From positions 32,472 through 96,471 of IMG/VR virus record IMGVR_UViG_3300033146_000857: 64,000 nucleotides of DNA, one strand, 5' to 3'. The first letter of the stretch is position 1, and every line of letters starts with the position of its first letter. The position numbers and the translations under genes are program-made. Positions 1 to 9,976 of the stretch are shown here, piece after piece. The notes below the pieces were generated by a model. The model did no database searches. It saw only the letters and a program-made list of their open reading frames with translations, and was not told where the DNA came from. This DNA is from a virus.

Positions 1-1507
1 ATCCAGTTGTTGATTGACTATTGGCATTAGCCTCTCCCATTACATCTACATAGGTATTATTAAAAGTATGGTATATGTCTGGGTTAAGATTTTTGATTAA
101 CAGATCATAGGCTACGGCACCAATGGTTACTTTAAAACTACTAGAACGATTGCCTAAGTCATCAGTAATGAATATATACCCAAAGCCATTGGCTATCCCA
201 GTTAAGTCTACGTTAAATACTATGGCTATGTCAGTCCAGTTAGTTGTTACTTGAGTAACTTTGGTAGCACTAGCATAGTTCATTGAATCAGCTAGTTCTA
301 TTTTGCCAGTTCCTTTTAGAGCTCCAAAACCTGTGCCGTTTATTTTCTCATTAGTATCTCCTGTATCAAGTTGTGTGTCATTATCTAGACTAGATATTTT
401 TACCGAAGATACAAAAAAGTTTATTATTTGAGCCCTACTCTGAACGGTATTTCCTGTTCTATGGGCCCACACATTGGCTTGAGTAAGTGAATTTAACTTT
501 ATATTTCCCCAACCTCTACCATAGGCTGTACCATTACCACTAGAGTTTCTACTTAGTATTGGTAAAGACTGTCCTAGGTCTGATAGTCCAGCTGTAGATA
601 TGTCTAAGTCTGTGCTTATAGCTCCAGCATCGTTTATTACATGTCTGGTCACAGATATGTCTGTGTGTTCTACTATATGAACAAGATGATTACCAGAGTC
701 ATCTCCAGAGGTTATGCTATCAACATGGTCTGAATGAAATTTAAACGTAACCGTGCTAAGATCTTTAGGATAGTATACTGCTGAAGTATCTGATATTGCA
801 TCATCTACACCGTTTGCATTGTTAGCTTTGAACTGATGAACTATAAAAGCTTTATCCCAAGTAGTCACAGACTTACTAGTTCCACCAAGACCATCTGCGG
901 CTGTTCTTAGGTTAATATCTCCTGTGTCACTGTTATCCTTAACTAGACCATGTCCTATGCTCCAGTTAGACCCAGTAAACTCCACTACGGAGACAAACAC
1001 TTTGACAGTGTTATTAGAAGCGCTACCTCTTTTTACATTTAGAGTACCATTAGTCATCCAGGCCATAGCTGTTCCACTGTCAGCACCATCTACTGTTGAG
1101 TTACTATGCACACCAGTTATGAAAGGTACACAGTTGTCTATGTTAGATATGCCACTAACGGCTTGAGTCTGTGACTCAGAGGACAAATCTAGTTCATAGG
1201 TGCCTCTAACTATAAATTCATCTAGGCCACTAGCCGTCCCTGTATATTCTAGTATGGCCCACGGTATAGTCTGACTCTTAGTTGCTAACTGCTTTTTGGC
1301 TACCACTGTTGTACTGTTTAGTATTTCAATACTACCAGACATTTCAGCTACATCTTGGTTACCACTGTCACCAACTGGTCCCCCACCCATGTATCTATTA
1401 TTAAGGTTTACTACAAAAGCTTTTGTAAGATCAACGGTTGTTATGGTAGTATTGTCTGTTAAGCCTGTAAAAGTGCTCTCACCGTGCTGGATTTTTATAA
1501 ATGACAC
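1..1507 (-). CDS. Large tail/virion adhesin-like protein, 3' end beyond the window; paralog of 1520..4708
   Basis: Not in the ORF track. Read manually from GTG at 1507 after AAGGA: MSFIKIQHGESTFTGLTDNTTITTVDLTKAFVV..., open to position 1. Shares blocks with the next gene (INGTGFGALKGTGKIEL...TNWTD vs VTGTTFDAAQGKIWL...NTWND; NLNPDIYHTFNNTY vs ALGPNHLYTFDGVY). Confidence 0.8.
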   Translation of the reverse strand, partial: MSFIKIQHGESTFTGLTDNTTITTVDLTKAFVVNLNNRYMGGGPVGDSGNQDVAEMSGSIEILNSTTVVAKKQLATKSQTIPWAILEYTGTASGLDEFIVRGTYELDLSSESQTQAVSGISNIDNCVPFITGVHSNSTVDGADSGTAMAWMTNGTLNVKRGSASNNTVKVFVSVVEFTGSNWSIGHGLVKDNSDTGDINLRTAADGLGGTSKSVTTWDKAFIVHQFKANNANGVDDAISDTSAVYYPKDLSTVTFKFHSDHVDSITSGDDSGNHLVHIVEHTDISVTRHVINDAGAISTDLDISTAGLSDLGQSLPILSRNSSGNGTAYGRGWGNIKLNSLTQANVWAHRTGNTVQSRAQIINFFVSSVKISSLDNDTQLDTGDTNEKINGTGFGALKGTGKIELADSMNYASATKVTQVTTNWTDIAIVFNVDLTGIANGFGYIFITDDLGNRSSSFKVTIGAVAYDLLIKNLNPDIYHTFNNTYVDVMGEANANSQSTTG

Positions 1508-1519
1508 TGTTTAGTCCTT

Positions 1520-4500
1520 TTATTCATTTTTATAATTCCTATCATAAAATTGTTCAACTTTTATAGAAGTGTTCTTGTCTATATCAAGGGCCTTAAAAAA
1601 AATATTCTTATACTTAACTGATACTACTTTTATGTCTACTATTTGACCTTCTATAGAAGTACTAAAGGTACCTGTAGTATTCTCTTGACCGGCTATTTCT
1701 ATAGAGGTATTATGCTTGTAAACCCTAATCTCTGAATTAGCCTGTAGATTAGTTAGTTCAAGGACGTAAGGATTTATAAGATTAATAAGTCCTCCTCCAA
1801 GGTTACTAATTTTTGTTGCATTTGAGCCATTAAGATTAGTCCAGTTTAATGTTCCAGAGCCTAGCCATTGAATATGTATAGTGCTTAGAGTATCAAAAGT
1901 AACATTGTCGGCTACCAAGTCTAAGTTTGTTCCAGTTAAGCTTATACAGCAAGGAGCATTAGCTCTATGAGTACCAGCAATATCATCTAGGTCTGATTGA
2001 GAAGTGACAGATATGTCAGACAGTACTCCTTTTTCAAACAGTTTAAGTTTAATATCTTGGTCTGTTATTAAGCTATTGTGCCACATACACCAATTATTAT
2101 AATACCCATTAACACTGGCTACTAAGAGTATTTGTGTGCCCCCTAAGGCCACATTAGCACCGCTTTTGCCAAAGGCTGCTGGAGACCTGGCGGGTAGAGT
2201 GATTATATTAGGAACTACATTAGCACTCTCTAATTGCTTGACCCCGTCGATAAAAGCACTGAATTCATTATTACCTCCAGAGCCATCAAACTTTAGAGTC
2301 AAATGATATATTCTATCTTGAACTAAAGACACATCTCCATAGATTTGTAAAGTTACCGCATCACAATCTAGCTCGAATAGAATGTTATTACCAAAGCCTA
2401 GTATAAAAGCTAATGAGTTTGTTACCCCACCTTCCCCATAGACTCTACAAGGAGGCTGCTGTATCTTGCTAGTCTTAAACCAGCCAGCAATTACTCTTTG
2501 AGTTTGATCAGAATTTGACACTGTAGTTACTTTACCTAAGTCTACAGTGTCTGCAGTAGAACTTGAAAAGATACTTTTAGTCACTCCTGAACATAAGGCT
2601 GGTCCTGTAGCTACACAACCAGTATTTGTGCCATGGGCTGTTCCATAGTCATCAGTATAAACTCCATCAAAAGTGTATAAATGATTTGGTCCTAGAGCCT
2701 GAATTGTTTGTTTGTAGTCTAGTCCTGAGTCATTGTCTGTTATGGTTCCTGTAGCTGTGACCCCTCCGATAATAAGCGTATAAGTCTCAGTTGGCTCTGG
2801 AATAGTATCGTCTACTACCTGTACAATCACGCTGAAAGAACTAACTCCTGATGGGACACTAAGAGTATCTAGGCTAAGGGTTACTCCGTTAGAATAGCTT
2901 ACCGTTCCAATATCCGAGCCGGTAGTTTCATTGTGAGTCAGGCTCATTAGGTATGTTTCAGTAGCTTCTGTAGCATGACTAAGGGTTACTAGATGAACTA
3001 GGTTTAAGTTCTCAAGGTTACTATCATTACTAACAGTTGAGACCGTAGGCTTAACATAAGCGGCTATTATACTTGTGGAATAGCCTGATCCACCAATTCT
3101 TCCAGCTGCTGTCTCTACATATAGATAGACAGTTCCAAGAGACAATGTATCTTGAATACATCTTATGTTTATTTCTGTGTCATTCCAAGTATTAACTGTT
3201 TGTTCTACTAAGATCCCAGAACTGCTAGCTTCAGCATAAGTGTTTTTATTTCCAAGCCATATCTTACCTTGAGCAGCATCAAAAGTAGTACCAGTGACCA
3301 TTAGGTTACTTTCGTTGTTAAAGATATCCCCATCAGCAAAGGCTGTTGTTATTGGTTCTATGTCATCGTTTATAACAGTTCCAGTACCGTAAGTACTATC
3401 AATGTTTAGTCTAAAAGTCTCATTAGTCTCTTGAATTACATCTTGATTAATTCCTAGGGTAATACTAAAAGTTGTAACTCCATCTGGGACGTTTAAGGTT
3501 CCTACTGGACTCTCAGTCACTCCGTTTGAAAAACTAAACCCAGCGTAGTCTTCCGAGTCAAAACCAGAACTAAAGGTATTCATTGAAATAGTGTACGTTT
3601 CTACCCCTTGGGTAGCATGAGTTAGACTTACACCAAATACTAAGCCTGTTCCTTCATTTTCTGATGGACTACTTATTGAATCAATTGTAGGTTTTACGTA
3701 GGGAAGGACTAAATTGAATTGAATGGCCTCAGCATAGGCCGATCCATTGTGACTTTCCTTACTCCAAGTTATTTTAGTGTTTGACACCAAGTCATACCTA
3801 GTTGACCTACAAGATACGTCCCAAGCTTTATTATACTCAGAACTATTATTATGTGCCATCATATGTCCAGCATGAGCTACTGTTCTGTTTAGATCTACGG
3901 CTGTACCAAGGTTTAAATCTCCTGATGACCCAGTGTTTCTAACTACAGCTCCTCTTTGTACTAACAGAGAACTATCTGTTATAACCTGCCAGTAATATGT
4001 ATGACTACCCGAGGTATAGCCTGTAGACACTTCTAGGTTTGTACTAGTAGTTATCCTACCTGCGGAATTACCCTCGTCCTCATATTGATCTTCTATAGTG
4101 GTATCAGACAGGACTAAAAAAGACTTTGCTGTGTCTATAGAGCTAAGAGTTATATTAGCCGGTGAGGCATCACTAGGGGTTACTCCTCTTTGAACTGTCA
4201 AAGTATTATGACTTATCGTATACCAGTGTCCCGATTGAGCCACTCCAGAAGTGTTAACATTAAAAGCTATATTAGTGGTTGTACTTAACCTAGAACTTAG
4301 GTTTACTTGCCTTGGGGCTTTTAGGCTTCCATCTGTGGTCTTTACAAAATGCCAACAGAATGAATTAGCCAATGTTAAAGCACTTAAACTTACATTTTTT
4401 GATGTGTCTGAAGTAGTGAAATCAAAAGTTCCTTTTTGAACAAGGACATCCGCTGCAAGTTCAATAACATAAACAACAACAATAGCTGAAACAGCACTAG

Positions 4501-4708
4501 CTACTCTAGAAACTTTTACACTAGGACCAGCTAGTATCTCTACATCAAAGTTACCATCTTGAGACAATTGTGTGTCGCCACCAAGGCTAGCTGACGCTGT
4601 AAAAGGAACTATTTGAGCTAGGCTAGTAAAACCAGTTAAGCTAGCTGTTTTTGTTGTCTCTGAAGTGCTTAAGTTTAATATTACCTTTTCTAGCTTAACT
4701 ATATTCAT
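1520..4708 (-). CDS. Tail fibre/adhesin-like virion protein with two Calx-beta-like domains and a LamG/concanavalin-like domain
   Basis: 1062 aa, Ser/Thr/Gly-rich beta protein. Two repeats of the type ...VP.GV..FS.....DD...E..ET..L.I....GTGTI.DND; LamG-like GWFKT...YHL.LKFD...AFIDG. RBS CAGGAG. Confidence 0.7.
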   Translation of the reverse strand: MNIVKLEKVILNLSTSETTKTASLTGFTSLAQIVPFTASASLGGDTQLSQDGNFDVEILAGPSVKVSRVASAVSAIVVVYVIELAADVLVQKGTFDFTTSDTSKNVSLSALTLANSFCWHFVKTTDGSLKAPRQVNLSSRLSTTTNIAFNVNTSGVAQSGHWYTISHNTLTVQRGVTPSDASPANITLSSIDTAKSFLVLSDTTIEDQYEDEGNSAGRITTSTNLEVSTGYTSGSHTYYWQVITDSSLLVQRGAVVRNTGSSGDLNLGTAVDLNRTVAHAGHMMAHNNSSEYNKAWDVSCRSTRYDLVSNTKITWSKESHNGSAYAEAIQFNLVLPYVKPTIDSISSPSENEGTGLVFGVSLTHATQGVETYTISMNTFSSGFDSEDYAGFSFSNGVTESPVGTLNVPDGVTTFSITLGINQDVIQETNETFRLNIDSTYGTGTVINDDIEPITTAFADGDIFNNESNLMVTGTTFDAAQGKIWLGNKNTYAEASSSGILVEQTVNTWNDTEINIRCIQDTLSLGTVYLYVETAAGRIGGSGYSTSIIAAYVKPTVSTVSNDSNLENLNLVHLVTLSHATEATETYLMSLTHNETTGSDIGTVSYSNGVTLSLDTLSVPSGVSSFSVIVQVVDDTIPEPTETYTLIIGGVTATGTITDNDSGLDYKQTIQALGPNHLYTFDGVYTDDYGTAHGTNTGCVATGPALCSGVTKSIFSSSTADTVDLGKVTTVSNSDQTQRVIAGWFKTSKIQQPPCRVYGEGGVTNSLAFILGFGNNILFELDCDAVTLQIYGDVSLVQDRIYHLTLKFDGSGGNNEFSAFIDGVKQLESANVVPNIITLPARSPAAFGKSGANVALGGTQILLVASVNGYYNNWCMWHNSLITDQDIKLKLFEKGVLSDISVTSQSDLDDIAGTHRANAPCCISLTGTNLDLVADNVTFDTLSTIHIQWLGSGTLNWTNLNGSNATKISNLGGGLINLINPYVLELTNLQANSEIRVYKHNTSIEIAGQENTTGTFSTSIEGQIVDIKVVSVKYKNIFFKALDIDKNTSIKVEQFYDRNYKNE

Positions 4709-4728
4709 TAATGGCTCCTGTATGCTTA

Positions 4729-4754
4729 ATAGAACTCTCCGTAGAGAATTCTAT
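4729..4754 (-). other. Stable intergenic RNA hairpin with cUACGg tetraloop
   Basis: Minus strand ATAGAATTCTC-TACG-GAGAGTTCTAT; no U-tract follows, so more likely a stabilising or processing stem than a terminator. Confidence 0.55.
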
Positions 4755-4761
4755 AAGATTA

Positions 4762-6156
4762 CTACAATGGGTTAGAGTAGTTTCTTTCTAAACTGGCAAC
4801 CAAAGATACTGAGTTAGCATTTGATCTACCAATAGCTGAAGTAGCTTTTACATACTGAGCTTTATCAAGCCCAATTGCTACAACTGTAATAGCAGCGTCT
4901 TGAGCTGCTGTTCTTCCACCTTGAACATTTCCATCATAGTCAAATGTAAAGGATATACTTCCAGAAGCGATAACTCCAGAGATATCAACACCGGCATTAT
5001 CTTTAACAATTAGAGCATCAGAGTCACCAAAGTTATTTCCATTAGCATCTGTAAAGAACATTCTATAGACTGCTCCAGAGTCATCTACCAAGTTCTGATT
5101 GAAGTTTATAGTTCCCGCTGCCATGAATGGGAACGTTCTTTTAGTGTTAGTTGAGTCATAAAACTCGATTCTATTGATATCCGTACTTGAGAAGTCATCT
5201 ATAAATACTCCTTGAGAAGTAACTAAAGTATCACCTACGAACTTAAGTAAACTATCAGCTGTGTTACCTGAGACACTACCAGCACCTGCGTCTATATCAG
5301 AAGTCTGTCTTAGTGAATACTGTACATATTCATAAATTTCCTCTGCAGTAGGCAAGCTACCATTGTCGGCTACATCAGCATCAATTATAACATCAAAGTC
5401 ATAGCTTGAAGCTCCAATGGTTCTACTTTGAGCTGTACTGTAGTAAGTAATGTTCATGTCTGTATAAGGCAAGTTACCGGCTACAGCAACATCATTGTTT
5501 GTAATCTTAAGATCAACACTATTTTGAAGAGGAAAACGATACGCTTGGTAGTTGAACTTTGTAAGACCAATGTCTGAAAGCTGTGACTGAGCGTATTGTT
5601 TTTGATACTCACGAACGAATATTTTAAAATAGTCACCAGTAGCTGAACTAGTTGCGTTGTCTATACCATGTCCACCACCATCTCCAAAATACTTGACGCA
5701 CTGATTAACAACACCAGTTAATACTATGTTAGTAGAACTTCCATCAGCTACTTGTTGAAAGTAAACTTGATCACTACCCCCTAGAGCACCTAGAGTAATA
5801 ACTCCTGCGTATTCTTCAGCTGATGAACCATCACCATTCTTTATAGCATACCCACCATCTCTAAACAAATCTGATGTATTCTTACTAGCTGGTGCCCAGC
5901 CGTCAACAAATTCAAATTGCTCTGGTGTAATTGCTACCATAGGGAAAGGAAATTTAATCAGATTTGCATCAGATTTCCATTCCTCTTTTAAGTATGAGTA
6001 TACTGCTTGTAAACTTACACCATCTGTTGTTAATGCTCCATGTGCTGCTAAAGAAACACTTAAAGCTGTTGTGTCTATCCAGATACTCCCGTCTGTGCCT
6101 AACTGTCCTGAGGTAGAACTTCTAACTAGACTATCTGGGTCGGTTATTTTTGACAT
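4762..6156 (-). CDS. Putative virion structural (tail-associated) protein
   Basis: 464 aa acidic, Gly/Ser/Asp-rich; strong RBS AAGGAG; directly upstream of the adhesin-like genes. Confidence 0.55.
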   Translation of the reverse strand: MSKITDPDSLVRSSTSGQLGTDGSIWIDTTALSVSLAAHGALTTDGVSLQAVYSYLKEEWKSDANLIKFPFPMVAITPEQFEFVDGWAPASKNTSDLFRDGGYAIKNGDGSSAEEYAGVITLGALGGSDQVYFQQVADGSSTNIVLTGVVNQCVKYFGDGGGHGIDNATSSATGDYFKIFVREYQKQYAQSQLSDIGLTKFNYQAYRFPLQNSVDLKITNNDVAVAGNLPYTDMNITYYSTAQSRTIGASSYDFDVIIDADVADNGSLPTAEEIYEYVQYSLRQTSDIDAGAGSVSGNTADSLLKFVGDTLVTSQGVFIDDFSSTDINRIEFYDSTNTKRTFPFMAAGTINFNQNLVDDSGAVYRMFFTDANGNNFGDSDALIVKDNAGVDISGVIASGSISFTFDYDGNVQGGRTAAQDAAITVVAIGLDKAQYVKATSAIGRSNANSVSLVASLERNYSNPL

Positions 6157-6240
6157 CTTTTTCTCCTTTTTAGTTTCTAATTTATATCCTGAAACCTAAC
6201 TTAGACTGTCTAGTTAAGCGGCTAGTTTGTCCTCCTAGTG

Positions 6241-7338
6241 TTAAAATGTGTAACTCAGCTTTATCAACACATGTTTATGGTCTGTTCTGTGTCCAAGAGG
6301 GCTTAAACCTGTACTTTCTAAATATTCTAGATGAACTCTTGATCTCTTATTGTATACGAAGTCTGAATAAATTTTATAAGATATCTTATCTGTCCCAAAA
6401 GAATTATAGTCATTCTCCCATAGATCTCCAAAGATAAAAGATGTATAGTCTTCGTAAGTTTTAAACTGTTCAACACCGATAGACACTTCCTGAAGCCATA
6501 TCTCTGTGTAATATTTTAGGCCTATTAGACTTGAGTAACCTGTGAGGTTATCTTTAAGAGCTGGTAAAGGTACTGTGTTATCTAGTAGTTTTCTATGGCT
6601 ATACCCTAGTACTGTATAGCCAATAAAACCTGAGTTTAAAGAGTCATCAAATGAGTAACCAAGTCCTATAAGTTCTGTTTTAAACAATTCTTTAGGTCCC
6701 CCAAAGTTAGGTATAGCTAATTTAACTTTAGTTAAAGCTTCTATGTAGTTTAGTTCAAAGAAATGCCTTCCATAGGAATATTCAAGCGCCGAGAATAGCC
6801 CTCCTGAACCGTCGAATTCATCAGATATCTTAGTCGTTCTGCCTAGAGTATCTTGGTCTACAAAGGCCTTTCCTATTTTAAACCTCAAATCTTCATAGGA
6901 TATGACTATGAAGCCTCCTAGGCCTGTGGTGTCTATTAGCGTAAACAACATATTTCCTTGTATTTCGTCTGACTTTGAGTATTGCTTAAAGTTTCCTCCA
7001 GCTAGCTGTATTACTCCATAGACAAGATCAACACTAAGCTTACCTTTGGTTAAGACCCTTCCTTGTAAGTAAAGTCTGGTTAGCATTAGCTCACTTTTTT
7101 CACGACTGCCATGCATGGAATAAAGACCAGTAGCATAAGAAGAACTAGTAGTCCTAGCTTCGAAACTCCCCTTAAGACTGAGCCTACCAGCTTGTATGTC
7201 TGTATGATTTCTTAAACCTGCGGAGTAGAACTGCTGCCCATTAAAGGCTCTATAGGCTGAGAATATCTCCGACTCTGAGGTTAATTCTGCGAATAGACTA
7301 GTATAGCCTAAGATTAAGCATATAAGTATTTTATTCAT
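6241..7338 (-). CDS. Outer-membrane beta-barrel (porin-like) protein
   Basis: Sec signal (MNKILICLILGYTSLFA), many amphipathic aromatic-rich strands, C-terminal BAM beta-signal ...LIKLSYTF. Confidence 0.7.
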   Translation of the reverse strand: MNKILICLILGYTSLFAELTSESEIFSAYRAFNGQQFYSAGLRNHTDIQAGRLSLKGSFEARTTSSSYATGLYSMHGSREKSELMLTRLYLQGRVLTKGKLSVDLVYGVIQLAGGNFKQYSKSDEIQGNMLFTLIDTTGLGGFIVISYEDLRFKIGKAFVDQDTLGRTTKISDEFDGSGGLFSALEYSYGRHFFELNYIEALTKVKLAIPNFGGPKELFKTELIGLGYSFDDSLNSGFIGYTVLGYSHRKLLDNTVPLPALKDNLTGYSSLIGLKYYTEIWLQEVSIGVEQFKTYEDYTSFIFGDLWENDYNSFGTDKISYKIYSDFVYNKRSRVHLEYLESTGLSPLGHRTDHKHVLIKLSYTF

Positions 7339-7344
7339 CTCTTT

Positions 7345-7593
7345 TTACCTCATTTTTCTGTTATTAGTATTTTTGGCTAAGTCTTTTAGCTCTTCTAGGT
7401 ATAATTCTAGTTCTATACTATTAAGTTCTATAGAATATGTCTGTCTTTTTGAAGGACTTGATAGTACCCTTGCCCAACCTAAGTAGGTTTTGCTACCTAG
7501 ATCAAGCCCTTCTAGGGCTAGCCTTTCTTTAATAGCTGTTACTCCTGAAGCGTTACAGAAAGTTAACAGTATGATTATAAACAGCTTTTTCAA
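7345..7593 (-). CDS. Small secreted/periplasmic protein
   Basis: 82 aa with signal peptide MKKLFIIILLTFCNA; starts 1 nt after the kinase stop; RBS AAGGAG. Confidence 0.7.
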   Translation of the reverse strand: MKKLFIIILLTFCNASGVTAIKERLALEGLDLGSKTYLGWARVLSSPSKRQTYSIELNSIELELYLEELKDLAKNTNNRKMR

Positions 7594-7594
7594 C

Positions 7595-8884
7595 TTAACT
7601 CCTTTTTACAGGTATTATAATACTGACTACAGTACCAGTAATACTAGTCTTGATTATATTTATGTCTCCGCCTATAGAAGTTACTAAATGTTTATTCAAA
7701 TACATCCCATTACCTCTGGTTATCATAGAACCACTTTCTTTTGTACTATAGTTTGGCTCAAATATTTTATCTACTATATCTTCTTTTATACCATTACCAT
7801 TGTCCTCTAGGTTAAAGGTTAGGTACCTACCTCGCAGGCTAACAAAGATTATCTTTATGTCCGTAGCACACGCTTCAAGAGAATTTTTCAAATGGTTAAT
7901 TAAAATACTTCTTAAACCACTAGCCCTTAGATCCTTGCTGTCTAGGTCGAACACTTTGAGTCTTTCGTCTACTGAATATTTAAAAAGATTATTAGAAATA
8001 GCTACCATGCCAAAAGAGTCCGTTACTGAGTCATAGACATTTTTTGCTCCACTGTTTAGTCTAATCTGTTTAAACTTACGCATTTTGCCAAGAACTCCGA
8101 AGATTTGATCTATGGATAATTTTATAAACTCAAAGTCTTTTTCTAAACCTACAAGTTTTTTATTAAGCGCTAGTCTGTCGGCTGATAAGGGTCTAAAACC
8201 ATTCTCTTTGTCTTCTAAGATTAGGTATCTATTTATTAGTCTGTGTATTTTTTCTATTTTGTTTTCGACTACTTCTATGGGCGTGTTCATTTCATGATGA
8301 GCATGCTCTGTCATTAAAGATATAGACTTGTTGTTTAATAGAGCCTCAGACCCAGATAGTTGGACTAAAAGTTCCAATCTTTCTTTTTCAAAAGCACTTC
8401 TCATTACTCTTAGAAAGATAAAAAATACAAAGACTGAAACTATAGCATACATATAGAACAGGTTTATAAGATAGTTTGTAAAAGTTAGCCTAAAGAAAAT
8501 ATGCTTATCAGTTTTGTTAAAATCATCTATTTGGATTAATATACTATTTTGGTTGTAGTAGAGTCCATCGGTTATTCTTAGAAGGTCTATTTTTCCTAGG
8601 TTAATTGGTCTAAGTACACTAGCTACATTTCTATACCTAGCTATCATCTTTCCACTCTTACGGTCTATGATTAACACTTCTTCACAGTCAACTAGTCTAC
8701 ATAGGTATTCTATGTCAACTATTTCAAACTCATAGGAGTAATCCTGTAGTTGTTTTATTGCAAATAGACTATAAGAGTATATAGTATTACCTATGTTAAG
8801 AATAAAGGTTAGAAATAGTAATGTTGCTACACTGAGCAAGGCTTTAAGGTGCTTTCTAAACAGCCATCTTAGGTAATCTTTCAT
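7595..8884 (-). CDS. Membrane sensor histidine kinase (HisKA + HATPase_c)
   Basis: Two TM segments flanking a ~100-aa periplasmic loop; H-box HAHHEMNTP, N-box LINHLKNSLEA, G1 DNGNGI, F-box IFEPNYSTK, G2 RGNGMY, terminal GTVV. Confidence 0.92.
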   Translation of the reverse strand: MKDYLRWLFRKHLKALLSVATLLFLTFILNIGNTIYSYSLFAIKQLQDYSYEFEIVDIEYLCRLVDCEEVLIIDRKSGKMIARYRNVASVLRPINLGKIDLLRITDGLYYNQNSILIQIDDFNKTDKHIFFRLTFTNYLINLFYMYAIVSVFVFFIFLRVMRSAFEKERLELLVQLSGSEALLNNKSISLMTEHAHHEMNTPIEVVENKIEKIHRLINRYLILEDKENGFRPLSADRLALNKKLVGLEKDFEFIKLSIDQIFGVLGKMRKFKQIRLNSGAKNVYDSVTDSFGMVAISNNLFKYSVDERLKVFDLDSKDLRASGLRSILINHLKNSLEACATDIKIIFVSLRGRYLTFNLEDNGNGIKEDIVDKIFEPNYSTKESGSMITRGNGMYLNKHLVTSIGGDINIIKTSITGTVVSIIIPVKRS

Positions 8885-8888
8885 AAAT

Positions 8889-9467
8889 TTAGTCTTTGAA
8901 CAGAGTTGCGTGTATGTAGGCTCTTCTAGGATCCATGGTTATTTCTGTTTTGTAAAGAACCTTGTCCTCTAGATTAAGCTTTGTCACCTGGTTATACTGG
9001 TCTATAATATTTTTTATAGGATTAATTGGATCACTGATAAGATTTCCAGTATAAAAGAAATACTTAACTAGTGGGTTAATCTCATGTAGTACCTCAAAAA
9101 CGTCCATGCCTGTAAGTCTGATGTTACCCTCTGGGGTTAGGATGCTTCCACCAAGTGTTAGATCTATTATAGCATAGTCTATGTTTAAATCAGCATGCTC
9201 TTTAACTAGGGTTAAAAATTCATACACTGCGTGTTCTCCAACGAAAGATAATATATTATACTTTGATTCATCCATGTCATAGTCTTCAAAAATAGTCTCT
9301 AGGTCATCTTCTAAAAAAGAGACTATGCCTGCATTATCGTCTATCAAGAGTATAGTTTTGTTATTAAAGTCAAAATCACTAGGTAACTCTCTAGTATATT
9401 CTAAGTCTGATGGCCTTAGGCTTTCATCGCCTAGTTTAAACACTAGGTCTAAAGGTGATAGTTTCAT
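8889..9467 (-). CDS. Stand-alone response-regulator receiver (REC) protein
   Basis: ILLIDDN acidic pocket, YAIIDLTL phospho-acceptor Asp, TGMDV, FFYTG Thr, VLYKT Lys; no obvious DNA-binding output domain. Confidence 0.82.
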   Translation of the reverse strand: MKLSPLDLVFKLGDESLRPSDLEYTRELPSDFDFNNKTILLIDDNAGIVSFLEDDLETIFEDYDMDESKYNILSFVGEHAVYEFLTLVKEHADLNIDYAIIDLTLGGSILTPEGNIRLTGMDVFEVLHEINPLVKYFFYTGNLISDPINPIKNIIDQYNQVTKLNLEDKVLYKTEITMDPRRAYIHATLFKD

Positions 9468-9976
9468 TTTGGGACTCCTAAAAGAATATTCATGACTGTA
9501 AGTAGTGTTGGCCCAGCCAGTACTAACACGATGCTCACACAGACTGTTATTACTGTGATAAACAATAGCTTAGAACTAGTGATTAAAGCATACACTTTAC
9601 CAAAACTTGGTAAAGACTTTTTCTTTGGTTTTAAGAGCTGTTCAAGCATTTCTTTAGTAAGGCTAAGATCTGAGCTAGTGGTTTTTCTAGCTTCTAGATC
9701 TTTGATCAACTTGTCCATTAAAGCTCTTTTTGTTTCTATGATCTCTTTTAGAGTATCATACACTAAGTCTCTAAAATGGCTATTCTTAGTTTCTAGCTTG
9801 TCATTTATAGCCACAATAAACTGAATAATTTCTTTCTGTTCAGAATGGTCACTCATAAGGGCCATTAATGCTTTATGAAAGGTAGCTTGATCAGACCTAC
9901 CAAGTTTACTCATTTGAACGTCTAAAGTTTTTAGGGCACTAGATAGTCTAACATCTAGTTGTTGAAGTTCTTTCAT
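9464..9976 (-). CDS. Coiled-coil protein with C-terminal transmembrane segment (lysis-module associated)
   Basis: Helical, charged N-terminal part plus hydrophobic LLFITVITVCVSIVLVLAG; 4-bp ATGA overlaps with both neighbours. Confidence 0.6.
   Translation of the reverse strand: MKELQQLDVRLSSALKTLDVQMSKLGRSDQATFHKALMALMSDHSEQKEIIQFIVAINDKLETKNSHFRDLVYDTLKEIIETKRALMDKLIKDLEARKTTSSDLSLTKEMLEQLLKPKKKSLPSFGKVYALITSSKLLFITVITVCVSIVLVLAGPTLLTVMNILLGVPK

Noticed and set aside
7345-7593. 82-aa protein as an o-spanin lipoprotein
   Set aside because: LTFC is a poor lipobox and the mature part is not Pro-rich; treated as a Sec-secreted protein, though spanin function is not fully excluded.
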